The notes: generated by a model not told the origin, from the sequence alone. DNA of 64,000 bases from Patescibacteria group bacterium (GCA_041660005.1 JBAZXG010000006.1:1879-65878), one strand, 5' to 3'; positions 1 through 10,127 are shown, numbered from the stretch's first letter. Made by a program: numbers and translations.

Positions 1-3000
1 ACTGTTCCATTGAATATGAGTACAAGGTGCTGCCGAGTCGTCTCCGGTACTGCCGGCGCTATTACTAAAACTGTTAGCAACGGTAACCTCTGTTTTCTTC
101 AGTTGGAAAACGCGCAGCTGGAAACCGGTTTCTTCCGACCCTTCCCAGGTGTAGAACGTACCACCGTCGCTACCGCCCGATTTCTCGCAAAACTGCAACT
201 GCTGATAATACTCACGCGCTTCACCGCCAGACGCCTCTTTGTCAAGGTTCGTAAATTCGTCACAGCCAACAGCGGCGGCACTACATTGCTTGGCCGTCGT
301 TGGTATCAAGTCAACAAACTTTGCCTGCTCAAAAAAGGTTGTACCAGCAGTATAGGTATCAAACCCAACGCATTCGCGCGGGCACATCTCCCCACTTATT
401 GCAGTGATGGCTGATGTTCCGTTCGTCGGAGTGTAACGTGCACAACCCACTTCTTGCGGCAAACAATAGCGCGCGTACGGTGCGCAAACCGGTTGATCGG
501 CGTTCGCATCCGCAGCATTGGTCGCTACTCCTGTTGGTCGACAACTGAGTGTGTCTTCGCTCGGTGCTTTGTAATTTGCATCCTTCTCCGATCGATAATA
601 TGGCGCACGTTTAATGTGCGTCAATGTTGTAGCATATGGCAAATACGTACCTGGCGCCTGACCGACTGTCAGCGTAAGTGCGTCAATATCTGTTCCTTCA
701 GGAACCTGCAGAGTGAGCTTCGCAGTATTTGAAGAAGTCGTAACAGGGAACGAAGTCGTTCCCTCAAACCTTGCCCAAGTGTCAGTGAGTGGTTGGTCTG
801 GTGTTGTGAACGAGGTACTTTCGCTGTCCCCGACTATGCTATAAGAGATCGTCCCTGTACCACTCGCCTGCTTGGCATAGAAGCTAAAACCTAATGTTTG
901 AGCACTCAGCGGTCCCGTTAAAATAGTAGATTGACTCAGCTCAGCATTAGCAGTGAGTGCGTGCAAATACCGCTCACCGTTATACACTCCGGAATCTTTG
1001 GTTGGGACAAATGCCCCTGTATTGTACGACCAGCCTTCTGGACTATCGTCGGTAGACGATATCACTGCCTCAAAACTGGCGTTGCGCAGTAAATTATTTT
1101 TTTCTGCCATGGCAACACCTGCGCCGGTACGCACAAAAGCACGGCAACCGTCGTTCTTGTCGTCACACGTCTTGGCTTGCGCATTCAAATAAACCGTAGC
1201 CGCCGGATCAAGACTCCACTGCTCATTACCAAGGTTCTGAAGACTGTAACGATGACACCCAACGGAACTGGCGTCACAACCATCGAAGTCAACGGTATTC
1301 AAAAGGTAAGAAACAGACGCTCCTGATTCCACATTCGACAATGTTGTGCAACTCGCAAATTGCGGCTGACAATCTGCCCGCCCAAAATCCCAGGTTCGTT
1401 TCTCTTCAGTGCAGTAACCATAGAATTGACAGTTTCCTGCGCTATCCCGCTGAATGCACGTTTGCTCGTCAGCACAATAATTATCATCGCGCGTTATGTT
1501 CAGAGTTGGCGGCTCGTCTCCGGGCGACACGTAGAGACCGTCACCATCAGCATCTGTACCTGCACTAACGTTGCGTGAAATGATTTTCGGACCCGGTCCT
1601 TGCAGACGACAGAATGCATCGGGTGGCACAAAAACCCAATTGGGATCAACGAGGTGATAGAAAGGATTACTCACATCCTTAGTTGGAGCCGTGTCGTAAG
1701 CATCAATAAGCTGTCGCAACGTAACGCGCTGTTGGCCGAAATGCTGAATATAACGGGCCGCCAGCTCCCAACCAACCGGCACAATGCGGTACTTTCGTAG
1801 AATTAAAATAGTGCGGTAGGGAATCCCGTCATTGTAACTCGGTTCGATGGGCTGTGGATTCCAACCGACGAAGCCAAAAGGAGTATCACCGTTAACGAGA
1901 CCTTTCTCAACCGCCTCACTGACAGTCAATTTTTGCGTTATGGCAGTTCTAAAGTTGTCGTTGATAACGCAGTCCGTAGGACCAACGTTGGAGCTATCGT
2001 CGCAAGAAACAAGTTTCGAAAGAACATCATAGCGGCCTGGCGTGCTGAAGTCCGGTCTTATTTCTTGCGCGAGACGAGTTTTTGCGCCAAGAACACCTTC
2101 GCCTGGTAGTTGTGCTTCGTAATTAGTCAAATTTGCCTTCTTGCTACCACTACCACCAGTGAACCCTTGCGTCAACAAGTTGTTAAGAAGAGTACTCGCT
2201 AATGTTTTGGTGAAGACATCAACGGCGTCGGCAATCACATTTCCGGTAAAGCTGATTTCGCCACCCTCAACAGTTCCAAATGTCTCTTTCCATAAATCCC
2301 GCACAGCGGTTCCAGGGAATGTAATAACCTCATTCACTTTCCCTGCCACATCTTTAAATCCGCCTCCACTTAATCGCGTCAGTGTGGCATTCAAGCCGGA
2401 TTGCCACTGTTTCGAAACAAGATTCGTTTGAACAGCAAGAGCGGTGCTGAGATCAGACTCACCCGGGTTAAACGAGCGATTAAACTCCGGAATAAAGTTT
2501 GCTTTGGTAATGGCCTGACTCCAGTTGTTTTTTAAAGTGCTAAATGTACAACGCGGTCGCGCTTGACCGGCATTGGTTAGACCTAAGTTAATCTTTAACC
2601 GCACGGTCAGGTTAGGCGCGCACAAATTTAATCCTTCCCAAATGCCCCCTTTGCCAGTCAGGTTGCCACCTTCTAACCAGTGACATGTAGCGCCCGCACC
2701 ATTAATCGGGTTACTGATACATGCATCAATATCTTTTACCAACGGCGTGGCAACGATGGTTCCGTTCCCGTTACGACACTCGCAACTACCTGCTCCAGAT
2801 TGCCCTGTAATCATACCGTCCAAGAAAACACCAGCCGTTTGGTCAGCTGCGTCAAGAAGGTATGCTCCCCATCCTTGTGTCTCAAAGAGTGGTTGTTGTC
2901 CTCGACCTCCGCTGGCAATCCAGGTAGCAGTATCTGCTGCAATTTTTCTCAAAAAGAACTTAACACCCTGACGGAAAGACAGAGCAGCTGAGGTCTTTAA

Positions 3001-3252
3001 ACTTTCGACTAATTTATTCCAACTGAAATTTTGTGCCCAAGATTTTAGATCGCTGGCAATCTGTTTCGGTGCATCTCCTACAATTACCGTCCCTTCTATA
3101 GGCACGTTTCCGCTTTGTGCGTAGGCATCTTTTGTTGAATACGCAAGACTAGAAACGAGAATAGTAGAATACGCAATACTAGAAACGAGAATAAACAAAA
3201 GCACTAAAGCAAAATGTTTTTTCTGTTTTTTGTTTGTGTTGTTTGGTTGCAT
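1..3252 (-). CDS. Giant Cys-rich secreted/surface protein (CPR type), 3' end runs off the window
   Basis: Absent from the ORF track because it has no stop in the window. ATG at 3252 reads MQPNNTNKKQKKHFALVLLFILVSSIAYSTILVSSLAYSTKDAYAQ (signal-like), then DTATWIASGGRGQQPLF. An NLLRNASFE motif lies near 1075-1100 and there are many Cys clusters. The same frame is open at position 1 (...TGDDSAAPCTHIQWNS). Confidence 0.85.
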   Translation of the reverse strand, partial: MQPNNTNKKQKKHFALVLLFILVSSIAYSTILVSSLAYSTKDAYAQSGNVPIEGTVIVGDAPKQIASDLKSWAQNFSWNKLVESLKTSAALSFRQGVKFFLRKIAADTATWIASGGRGQQPLFETQGWGAYLLDAADQTAGVFLDGMITGQSGAGSCECRNGNGTIVATPLVKDIDACISNPINGAGATCHWLEGGNLTGKGGIWEGLNLCAPNLTVRLKINLGLTNAGQARPRCTFSTLKNNWSQAITKANFIPEFNRSFNPGESDLSTALAVQTNLVSKQWQSGLNATLTRLSGGGFKDVAGKVNEVITFPGTAVRDLWKETFGTVEGGEISFTGNVIADAVDVFTKTLASTLLNNLLTQGFTGGSGSKKANLTNYEAQLPGEGVLGAKTRLAQEIRPDFSTPGRYDVLSKLVSCDDSSNVGPTDCVINDNFRTAITQKLTVSEAVEKGLVNGDTPFGFVGWNPQPIEPSYNDGIPYRTILILRKYRIVPVGWELAARYIQHFGQQRVTLRQLIDAYDTAPTKDVSNPFYHLVDPNWVFVPPDAFCRLQGPGPKIISRNVSAGTDADGDGLYVSPGDEPPTLNITRDDNYCADEQTCIQRDSAGNCQFYGYCTEEKRTWDFGRADCQPQFASCTTLSNVESGASVSYLLNTVDFDGCDASSVGCHRYSLQNLGNEQWSLDPAATVYLNAQAKTCDDKNDGCRAFVRTGAGVAMAEKNNLLRNASFEAVISSTDDSPEGWSYNTGAFVPTKDSGVYNGERYLHALTANAELSQSTILTGPLSAQTLGFSFYAKQASGTGTISYSIVGDSESTSFTTPDQPLTDTWARFEGTTSFPVTTSSNTAKLTLQVPEGTDIDALTLTVGQAPGTYLPYATTLTHIKRAPYYRSEKDANYKAPSEDTLSCRPTGVATNAADANADQPVCAPYARYCLPQEVGCARYTPTNGTSAITAISGEMCPRECVGFDTYTAGTTFFEQAKFVDLIPTTAKQCSAAAVGCDEFTNLDKEASGGEAREYYQQLQFCEKSGGSDGGTFYTWEGSEETGFQLRVFQLKKTEVTVANSFSNSAGSTGDDSAAPCTHIQWNS
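3137..3193. repeat. 30-bp tandem duplication in the signal-peptide region of the giant protein
   Basis: GAATACGCAAGACTAGAAACGAGAATAGTA followed by GAATACGCAATACTAGAAACGAGAATA; encodes ILVSSIAYST/ILVSSLAYST. Confidence 0.85.
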
Positions 3253-3256
3253 ACGG

Positions 3257-3988
3257 CTACGGCTTCTGCGATATCTTTAGTTGTTCAAGCGTCTGCTGAT
3301 ATAACTGCAAGAGTTCCGCATCAGTAACTTCGGAAAGCGTTGCGTCGTCAATTCCGTCTTGTTTCAACAAAGCACGCAGCTCAGACGGAGAAAGATTTTG
3401 TATCTTTTGAGCTGCCGCATTTTGCTGTTGCGTTGCTAGCGCCTGCTGGTAACTCGCTATGAGCTGTGCGTCAGTGAGACCCGCAATTTCTTGCTCCGAC
3501 ATTCCGGATTGCTTCAGTAGTGCCCGCAACTCTGTAGGTGTCGGCGTCGGAGTAGTCGCAGTAGGATTTGCTCCTGTGATCGGCACAATGGCTGTCCCGG
3601 CACCAGCAGCCGGCGCAGGCGAAGAACAGTCTTGCCCTGTCGGACAGTTTGGATCAGTACTATTGGCAATTTCCTGCCCATCAGGAATGCCGTCTGAGTC
3701 TGAATCAGCTAAATATGGACTTGTTTTGTAAACATTTACTTCGTCAGCGTCCGACAGACCGTCTCCGTCAGTATCAATGTTAGAGTTCGTGATGCTACCA
3801 TTTGCTGCTGCAAAAATATCTTGATTTTGGCCATCAGAAGAGACTGCAAAAGGCGCATAGACTGATTTACGGATACTGATTCCGCCAAGAATAATTGCGC
3901 TCCCCCCAATAATAAAAATGGTCGTTAAAAGAAGCCCTTGTGTATGGCGAGACAGTTGGCGCTTGATGACTTTTTTAAAACTCAACAT
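3257..3988 (-). CDS. Membrane-anchored protein with thrombospondin type-3-like Ca-binding repeats
   Basis: N-terminal TM helix; DTDGDGLSDADE...DSDSDGIPDGQE...TDPNCP motif; duplicated C-terminal ELRALLKQxG helical repeat. Confidence 0.8.
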   Translation of the reverse strand: MLSFKKVIKRQLSRHTQGLLLTTIFIIGGSAIILGGISIRKSVYAPFAVSSDGQNQDIFAAANGSITNSNIDTDGDGLSDADEVNVYKTSPYLADSDSDGIPDGQEIANSTDPNCPTGQDCSSPAPAAGAGTAIVPITGANPTATTPTPTPTELRALLKQSGMSEQEIAGLTDAQLIASYQQALATQQQNAAAQKIQNLSPSELRALLKQDGIDDATLSEVTDAELLQLYQQTLEQLKISQKP

Positions 3989-4058
3989 TTGAGACAGATA
4001 ATCTCGTAAAATAGGCCAATTGATTTATTCATTATAGCAGAGAACGACCTGCAAAGTC

Positions 4059-4090
4059 AAAGAGAGTGGAGATGACTCCACTCTCTTTTT
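4059..4090. terminator. Intrinsic terminator-like hairpin
   Basis: AAAGAGAGTGGAG-ATGA-CTCCACTCTCTTT. Confidence 0.7.
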
Positions 4091-4131
4091 GTTTCTTTAA
4101 TGAAAAAGGACAAAATGTCTTTGTTCAGTAT

Positions 4132-4488
4132 TTAATATGCCCACCAACGGGTTGCTTGAAATGCAGATCCCGGAGCACCAAGTCCAAGAACCCAACCGCC
4201 CGGTCGAGGCTGAGGAAGACCTCCGGCTCTCGTTGCAGGATTAACCGCAACAAAATCCTGTGAACCCATGCCGCTCACAACCGTATAGGGTGTCATGAGG
4301 CCCCAGGGTGTACAAGGATTAGCAGGAGGTACGGTACAAACAACAATTGCTCCTACCCGTTGATAAAAAGGCATACCAGCACCATTAGCAAGCTTAACAC
4401 CCACACCAATGACGACCAAAATAACGAGAAGCATTCCCAAGGAAACTTCGCTCAATGGTTTAACCCAACGCTTTGGAATAATTTGCAT
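4132..4488 (-). CDS. Hypothetical small membrane/secreted protein
   Basis: 118 aa, N-terminal hydrophobic helix, co-oriented with neighbours. Confidence 0.65.
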   Translation of the reverse strand: MQIIPKRWVKPLSEVSLGMLLVILVVIGVGVKLANGAGMPFYQRVGAIVVCTVPPANPCTPWGLMTPYTVVSGMGSQDFVAVNPATRAGGLPQPRPGGWVLGLGAPGSAFQATRWWAY

Positions 4489-4499
4489 ATAGCTATAGA

Positions 4500-5354
4500 C
4501 TATCGCACCTTATGCTCTTTTTCAATGGTGCTGAGGTAACACGCAAGATCATGCCAAGACTTAACCGACAGCTCTTGGGCTCTGGCTTTAGCGGATATTT
4601 TTGCAGCGACAAATGCAGCATCAATTGTTTCTCTCTTTAGCAAAAGTCCACCCGTGAGGTTATTGTGTAGTTGTTTGCGCTTTTTTGAAAAACCAATTTT
4701 TACAACTCGCCAAAAGAACTTTTCTGTAACGTCTTTATAAGGGAAAGAATGCACGGTATCAATTTGCAAAAGTACGCTGTCCACCGCCGGCTGCGGCGTA
4801 AAACACTCACGCGAAACTTGACGAACGATTCGCGCCTTGGCGTAGAGCTGAACGCTCAGCCCGAGTAAGCTGAGCGTTCCAGGTGTTGCTACGACTCTCT
4901 CTCCCACTTCTCGTTGCACGAGTAGGGTCATGCTTTTGGGTCGGAGGTCATCAGCTAAAAACTTTTTCAATATTGCTGCGGTAATGTTATAAGGAATGTT
5001 CGCCACAATTTTGTAGGGCTGCGTAATGCCATGCGCTGCAACTGAGTGGGCGAGTACATCACCATGAACAAGTTTAATATTTTCAGTCTTTGAAAACCGC
5101 TCTTGCAAAACCCGAAACAGCCGCGCATCGATTTCAATTGCGGTAACTGAGCCAGCACGTTCAGCCAAACGTGCAGTGAGCGTACCGAGGCCCGGACCAA
5201 CTTCTAAAACCGCGTCGCGCGCCGTAACTCCAGCACTCCCTAAAATGTCTTCATAAACTGTGTCATCAACTAAAAAATGCTGACCGCGGCGCTTGTCGGC
5301 AGTAATGGCATTCTGAGCACACAGTTGACGCACTTCTTTGAGGGATTTCTGCAT
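4500..5354 (-). CDS. rsmA: 16S rRNA m6,2A dimethyltransferase (KsgA)
   Basis: GQHFL, VLEVGPGLG, ANIPYNIT motifs; start moved to MQKSLKE (ATG 5354). Confidence 0.95.
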   Translation of the reverse strand: MQKSLKEVRQLCAQNAITADKRRGQHFLVDDTVYEDILGSAGVTARDAVLEVGPGLGTLTARLAERAGSVTAIEIDARLFRVLQERFSKTENIKLVHGDVLAHSVAAHGITQPYKIVANIPYNITAAILKKFLADDLRPKSMTLLVQREVGERVVATPGTLSLLGLSVQLYAKARIVRQVSRECFTPQPAVDSVLLQIDTVHSFPYKDVTEKFFWRVVKIGFSKKRKQLHNNLTGGLLLKRETIDAAFVAAKISAKARAQELSVKSWHDLACYLSTIEKEHKVR

Positions 5355-5358
5355 AGTA

Positions 5359-6522
5359 TTACTGCAACAAATATAACAGCGAAACAAACCCGGTGAGCAC
5401 AAACACCATCGGCCACGCTACTGCGGTCGAAAAAAAGATAAAAATAGAAAAAGCAACAGCGATAAACAGCAGGCGACCAAGTAATGTACTCATTTCGTAC
5501 AGCACGGCGGTGCGCATCGTATGATGACGGCTGCGCCCGCGCTCATATACCAACGCCAACTGAGGAACTTGCAAAATGGTATGGGTGAGTCGCGATGACA
5601 TGTCGGCAATAAATATGCCGCCGAGACTCGGCAAAAAGGGGCGCAACCACCAGCTCAGTGCGTACAGCAAGGTTGTGGGTTTGAGAATGCTCCGTTTATT
5701 TTTGTGATCCGCCAAACGGCCAATATATAAAACGGCAAGCATAGTAACAAGTGAACTTACTCCAACAAGACTGCCGAGCGTAAAAGGATTACTACCAAGA
5801 AAGAGAAACAAAAAAAGCGGCCAAAGTACCCGTAAACTGATTAACTCAGCGTTACCGGTCATCGCCAAAACAAAGCGCCACTTTAACGCGCTAAACATAC
5901 GGCGCATCGCATCAACATAAGGGAAATGATGAACTTCAATAACGGTTCTATCAAATAAAAGCGGAATACAGGAGAGCAGCATTACTAACGAAGCGACAAT
6001 AAAGAGCACCGTAAAGGAGCTCAAAATGAGGATGAGTCCGCCCAAAAATGGGGCAAGTGCATCAGCAATAATTTCCAACACGACCCGAGCGCTGACTTCC
6101 CGACCGCTCTCCTGGTCTCTTCCAAACTGGGCATACTCAAAATGAAACGCAGGCCAATAAAAAGTATGGTTGGCAGCATTTGCTATGAGTGCAATTGGCA
6201 GGGCAAGTGGCGTAATGCCGAGTGCAAACAGTGACGCGTAGTAAACAATCTCTAGGAGCGAACTCAAAATGAGAGAGCGCTGGTGTCCATACCGCAACAC
6301 AAACTTGCCACCGAGTGGGGACATAAAGAAGCACAGTGCAAAAAACGCACCATAGAACAAAAGTATCTCAGCTATACTGAACCCCAACTTATGAAAATAA
6401 ATCGGCTCAAACAGTGAAAACAACGAAGTGCCGAAATGAATGAGCGCTGTGTTGACATACAAGTCCTTTAAAGGCTCCGACAAGTGCCGTGGAATAAATT
6501 TTCTTATCAAAGATGCAATCAT
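5359..6522 (-). CDS. MFS transporter
   Basis: ~12 hydrophobic segments; GRLADHKNKR motif-A-like loop. Confidence 0.85.
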   Translation of the reverse strand: MIASLIRKFIPRHLSEPLKDLYVNTALIHFGTSLFSLFEPIYFHKLGFSIAEILLFYGAFFALCFFMSPLGGKFVLRYGHQRSLILSSLLEIVYYASLFALGITPLALPIALIANAANHTFYWPAFHFEYAQFGRDQESGREVSARVVLEIIADALAPFLGGLILILSSFTVLFIVASLVMLLSCIPLLFDRTVIEVHHFPYVDAMRRMFSALKWRFVLAMTGNAELISLRVLWPLFLFLFLGSNPFTLGSLVGVSSLVTMLAVLYIGRLADHKNKRSILKPTTLLYALSWWLRPFLPSLGGIFIADMSSRLTHTILQVPQLALVYERGRSRHHTMRTAVLYEMSTLLGRLLFIAVAFSIFIFFSTAVAWPMVFVLTGFVSLLYLLQ

Positions 6523-7133
6523 GAGTGAATCAAATACTTAGCAGCGATGCGCACGCTTCCTTGCCTCAACACCGTCAGCAGGTTGCCATGAACACGCAAA
6601 ATAGTTGAAGGACGACGTCGAGGTAATGAGCCACTAGCGAGAAAAAAAACATTATCAGCACGGTCAGCAAATGCGGAAAAAACTGCTCGCTCAGTATAGG
6701 AATCAATCGCGCCACTTCTGTTGGCGCTGGTCGCAGTGATGACACCTCCAACCATACGCGCAAGAGAACGAGCTTGTCGCAACTCCGAAACGCGAATTGC
6801 AATGGTTCCATCTTTTGAACCGAGACGTTTCGCAAACAACTTTTGACGTGCTGGCAAAATTAATGTGAGTGCACCTGGCCAATTTTTTTTTGCAAGCGAT
6901 AGAGACCACGGTGAAAATGAAACATAACGCTTGGCATCCGCCAAGGAAGCAGCGATGAGTGAGAGTGGTTTACTACGATCTCTACCCTTGATGGCAAAAA
7001 TACGCTTCAACGCTACTTGTGAAGATGGGTCTACGCCAAGGCCGTAGCTCGTTTCTGTTGGATAGACAACCATCTCTCCGGAGCGCATGAGTTTTGCTGC
7101 CTCAGCAACTGAATGAACAAAAATAACCGGCAT
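6519..7133 (-). CDS. tsaC: L-threonylcarbamoyladenylate synthase (Sua5/YrdC)
   Basis: YPTETSYGL, KGRDRSKPL, WPGALT, TSANRSG motifs. Confidence 0.93.
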   Translation of the reverse strand: MPVIFVHSVAEAAKLMRSGEMVVYPTETSYGLGVDPSSQVALKRIFAIKGRDRSKPLSLIAASLADAKRYVSFSPWSLSLAKKNWPGALTLILPARQKLFAKRLGSKDGTIAIRVSELRQARSLARMVGGVITATSANRSGAIDSYTERAVFSAFADRADNVFFLASGSLPRRRPSTILRVHGNLLTVLRQGSVRIAAKYLIHS

Positions 7134-7139
7134 AGCAAT

Positions 7140-9635
7140 CTACTCTGTAACAACAAAATTTACCAACTTCCCTGGACGTACGATTGTTTTTTGAATAGTT
7201 TTTCCTAGAAACCACCGCGCCACATTTTCATTACCATGCGCAGCAGCAATATACTCTTCTTCGGTTGCGCCGATCGACAAGCGAACGGTTCCGCGCAGTT
7301 TGCCGTTTACTTGAACAGCAACGACGACTTCATCTTCAACAATGTCTTCTTCTTTATATCTTGGCCACGGAGCAAGCCAAACAACTACCTGCTCTTTACT
7401 TACCCGCTCCCAGAGTTCTGCGGTTAAATGCGGCGCGAACGGTTGCAATACCACCAGTAAAACCTTAAGTGCTTCGAGAGGAATGGGCGTCTTTGCTGAT
7501 TCACATGCATAGGCGTAATTCACAAACTCCATCATAGCTGCAATGGCGGTGTTAAACCGAAACGCTTCAATATCTTCGGTTACCTTCTTAATCAATTTCG
7601 CTACATGACGCTTTGTTGTGTCGCTTGTCTGACCGCGCTCTGCCTCATTTTCATAAGGCAGTGCTAAATACCAAACGCGATCGAGAAAACGACGAACGCC
7701 GCTAATACCTTGCGTGTTCCACGGAGCTGCATCCGCAAAAGGACCAATGAAAAGCTCATACACACGTATCGTGTCCGCACCGTACGTCGTAATAACGTCG
7801 TCAGGGTTCACTACATTTCCACGGGACTTCGACATTTTTTGACCATCTTCACCGAGCACCATACCGTGTGAAGTTCGCTTGGCATAGGGTTCAGACGTCG
7901 GTACAACTTTGATATCAAACAAGAACTTGTGCCAGAAGCGCGAGTAGAGCAGATGGAGCGTGGTGTGCTCCATACCGCCGTTGTACCAGTCGACCCCGCC
8001 TTCGCACTTCGTGCTACGGGAGGGCGAGTTCGGTGTACATAACCAGTACTTTAGTTTCTCCGGCGAAGCAAGCTGTTTACTGTTGTGCGGGTCGCAATAC
8101 CGCAAAAAATACCAGGAACTCCCCGCCCAGTTCGGCATGGTGTCGGTTTCACGTTCAGCTTCACCCTTACACTTCGGACACGTTGTTTTAACCCAATCAC
8201 GCATTGCAGCCAAAGGCGACTCGCCAGTGTCTGTAGGTTCGTACTTTTCAACTTGCGGCAACAAAATAGGTAAATCTTTTTCTGGCACCGGTACCCAGCC
8301 CGAAGATGCTGATCCTGTCGCAGCACAATTTTTGCAGTAAACCATGGGAATCGGCTCTCCCCAATATCGTTGGCGAGAAAACACCCAGTCGCGAAGTTTG
8401 TATTGAACAGAGGGCTGGCCAAATTTTTTTGCCATCTTTGGTATGGCTTCATCGCTCGTTAATCCAGAAAATTCCTCCGAATCGTACAGTACACCTTTTT
8501 CAGAAAAACAAATTTCTAACTTTCTAATCTCTGTATCGTCACTTCCGTCAATGGGTTTAATGGTGGTTTTCAGGGGGATATTATATTTTTTTGCAAACAT
8601 AAAGTCACGTTCGTCATGCGCATCAGCAAACACTATTCCTGTTCCGTACCCCATTAGGACAAAATCTGCTATCCAAATCGGAATTGCTTCATTGGTAGCG
8701 GGGTTAATGGCAAAGCTACCAGTAAAAACTCCAGTTTTGTCTTTATCTTCAGCTTTGCGCTCAAGTTCTGTTTTGCTTCTCGTTGCTCCGATATAGTCAT
8801 CAACTGCAATTTTCTGCTCTGCGGTAACGAGGTTTTCCAGCAATGGATGTTCGGGAGCCATCACAATAAATGTTCCACCAAATAATGTATCAAGCCGCGT
8901 CGTAAATACCTTAATTTTTAATTCGCTATCCGTAATTTTAAAATTGACAGTATACCCTTCCGATTTTCCAATCCAATTTTGTTGCTGTGTTTTTATGCGC
9001 GATGCATAGTCAACGGTTTCAAGATCGGCCAATAATCGATCAGCATATTCAGTAATCTTTAACATCCACTGCTCTTTTTCCCGCTGCTCAACTTGAGTAC
9101 CACAGCGCTCGCATTTTCCGTCTACCACCTCTTCGTGCGCCAAGCCAATTTTGCACGATGGACACCAGTTAATGACGGCCTTCGCTTTATAAGCTAGGTT
9201 GTGCTTGTAGAGCTGCAAAAAAATCCATTGCGTCCAGCGGTAGTAAGACGGGTCAGTGGTAACGACCTCACGCGACCAATCAAACGAGTAGCCCAAACTT
9301 TTTAACTGCCGACGAAAATTATCAATATTTTGCTTCGTGATGACCGCAGGGTGCTGCCCGGTTTTAATGGCATAGTTTTCTGCGGGCAAACCAAAAGCGT
9401 CGAACCCCATGGGGTAAAGAACATTTTCACCATTCGCGCGACGCTTCCTGGCGAGTACGTCCATGGCGGTATAGGAACGCGGATGCCCAACATGCAAACC
9501 TTCCGCCGAAGGGTAAGGAAATTCAACCAAAAGATATGTTTTTTTCTTACCAGTATCTTCGGTAACAACAAAAGCGCTGGTACGTTCCCAGAGTTCCTGC
9601 CACTTTTTTTCAATAGATTTGTGGTCGTAGACCAT
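7140..9635 (-). CDS. leuS: Leucine--tRNA ligase
   Basis: FPYPSAEGLHVGH, DWVFSRQRYWGEPIP, KMSKS, VQVNGKLRG. Confidence 0.98.
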   Translation of the reverse strand: MVYDHKSIEKKWQELWERTSAFVVTEDTGKKKTYLLVEFPYPSAEGLHVGHPRSYTAMDVLARKRRANGENVLYPMGFDAFGLPAENYAIKTGQHPAVITKQNIDNFRRQLKSLGYSFDWSREVVTTDPSYYRWTQWIFLQLYKHNLAYKAKAVINWCPSCKIGLAHEEVVDGKCERCGTQVEQREKEQWMLKITEYADRLLADLETVDYASRIKTQQQNWIGKSEGYTVNFKITDSELKIKVFTTRLDTLFGGTFIVMAPEHPLLENLVTAEQKIAVDDYIGATRSKTELERKAEDKDKTGVFTGSFAINPATNEAIPIWIADFVLMGYGTGIVFADAHDERDFMFAKKYNIPLKTTIKPIDGSDDTEIRKLEICFSEKGVLYDSEEFSGLTSDEAIPKMAKKFGQPSVQYKLRDWVFSRQRYWGEPIPMVYCKNCAATGSASSGWVPVPEKDLPILLPQVEKYEPTDTGESPLAAMRDWVKTTCPKCKGEAERETDTMPNWAGSSWYFLRYCDPHNSKQLASPEKLKYWLCTPNSPSRSTKCEGGVDWYNGGMEHTTLHLLYSRFWHKFLFDIKVVPTSEPYAKRTSHGMVLGEDGQKMSKSRGNVVNPDDVITTYGADTIRVYELFIGPFADAAPWNTQGISGVRRFLDRVWYLALPYENEAERGQTSDTTKRHVAKLIKKVTEDIEAFRFNTAIAAMMEFVNYAYACESAKTPIPLEALKVLLVVLQPFAPHLTAELWERVSKEQVVVWLAPWPRYKEEDIVEDEVVVAVQVNGKLRGTVRLSIGATEEEYIAAAHGNENVARWFLGKTIQKTIVRPGKLVNFVVTE

Positions 9636-9675
9636 AATTGCGAATTTCGAATTGAGTATTAAGAATTATTACACA

Positions 9676-10056
9676 CTATGCTGCTTTTGACTTTCTATAG
9701 GTGTCGAGATAGCGAATGAAACCACCGATTTCTTTTCCCAATTTTAGAAACATATCGTTTAAATCCTCGAACAAGTTAGTAGAAACATAACCAATATTAC
9801 GGGCTATATAAAGCTGATTTCTAACTTCACCCGTAGAACCTTTGGCGATCCGTAAATATCGAATTAACTCATTCGTACTGTTTTTCTCAAAACCCTCTAC
9901 TATGTTGGAGCTTATTGAAACTGTGGCTCTACGAATTTGATCTCGCAGTCCGAAATCTTTCGACCAACTCCCCCTTGATGTTATGTCGTATATCTTTGTA
10001 GTAACCTCAATAGCTGAAATCCAGACTGGTAATTCTTCAAAGCGGCTATATTTCAT
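9676..10056 (-). CDS. Four-helix-bundle protein (23S rRNA intervening-sequence protein family)
   Basis: FEELPVW...DFGLRDQIRRATVSISSNIVEG...YLRIAKGSTGEVRNQL; flanked by heptamer repeats. Confidence 0.9.
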   Translation of the reverse strand: MKYSRFEELPVWISAIEVTTKIYDITSRGSWSKDFGLRDQIRRATVSISSNIVEGFEKNSTNELIRYLRIAKGSTGEVRNQLYIARNIGYVSTNLFEDLNDMFLKLGKEIGGFIRYLDTYRKSKAA

Positions 10057-10127
10057 ATAATTCTAATCGTCGTCCTTAATTTTCAATCTGTAATGCTTAA
10101 TCCGTAATTCGTAATCCTTAATTCCTA
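10057..10127. repeat. Degenerate 7-bp tandem repeats flanking the four-helix-bundle gene (also 9636-9670)
   Basis: CTTAATT TTCAATC TGTAATG CTTAATC CGTAATT CGTAATC CTTAATT CCTAAAT; other flank AATTGCG AATTTCG AATTGAG TATTAAG AATT in opposite orientation. Confidence 0.75.

Noticed and set aside
9676-10056. Avd of a diversity-generating retroelement
   Set aside because: Same fold family, but there is no reverse transcriptase or TR/VR pair in the window.
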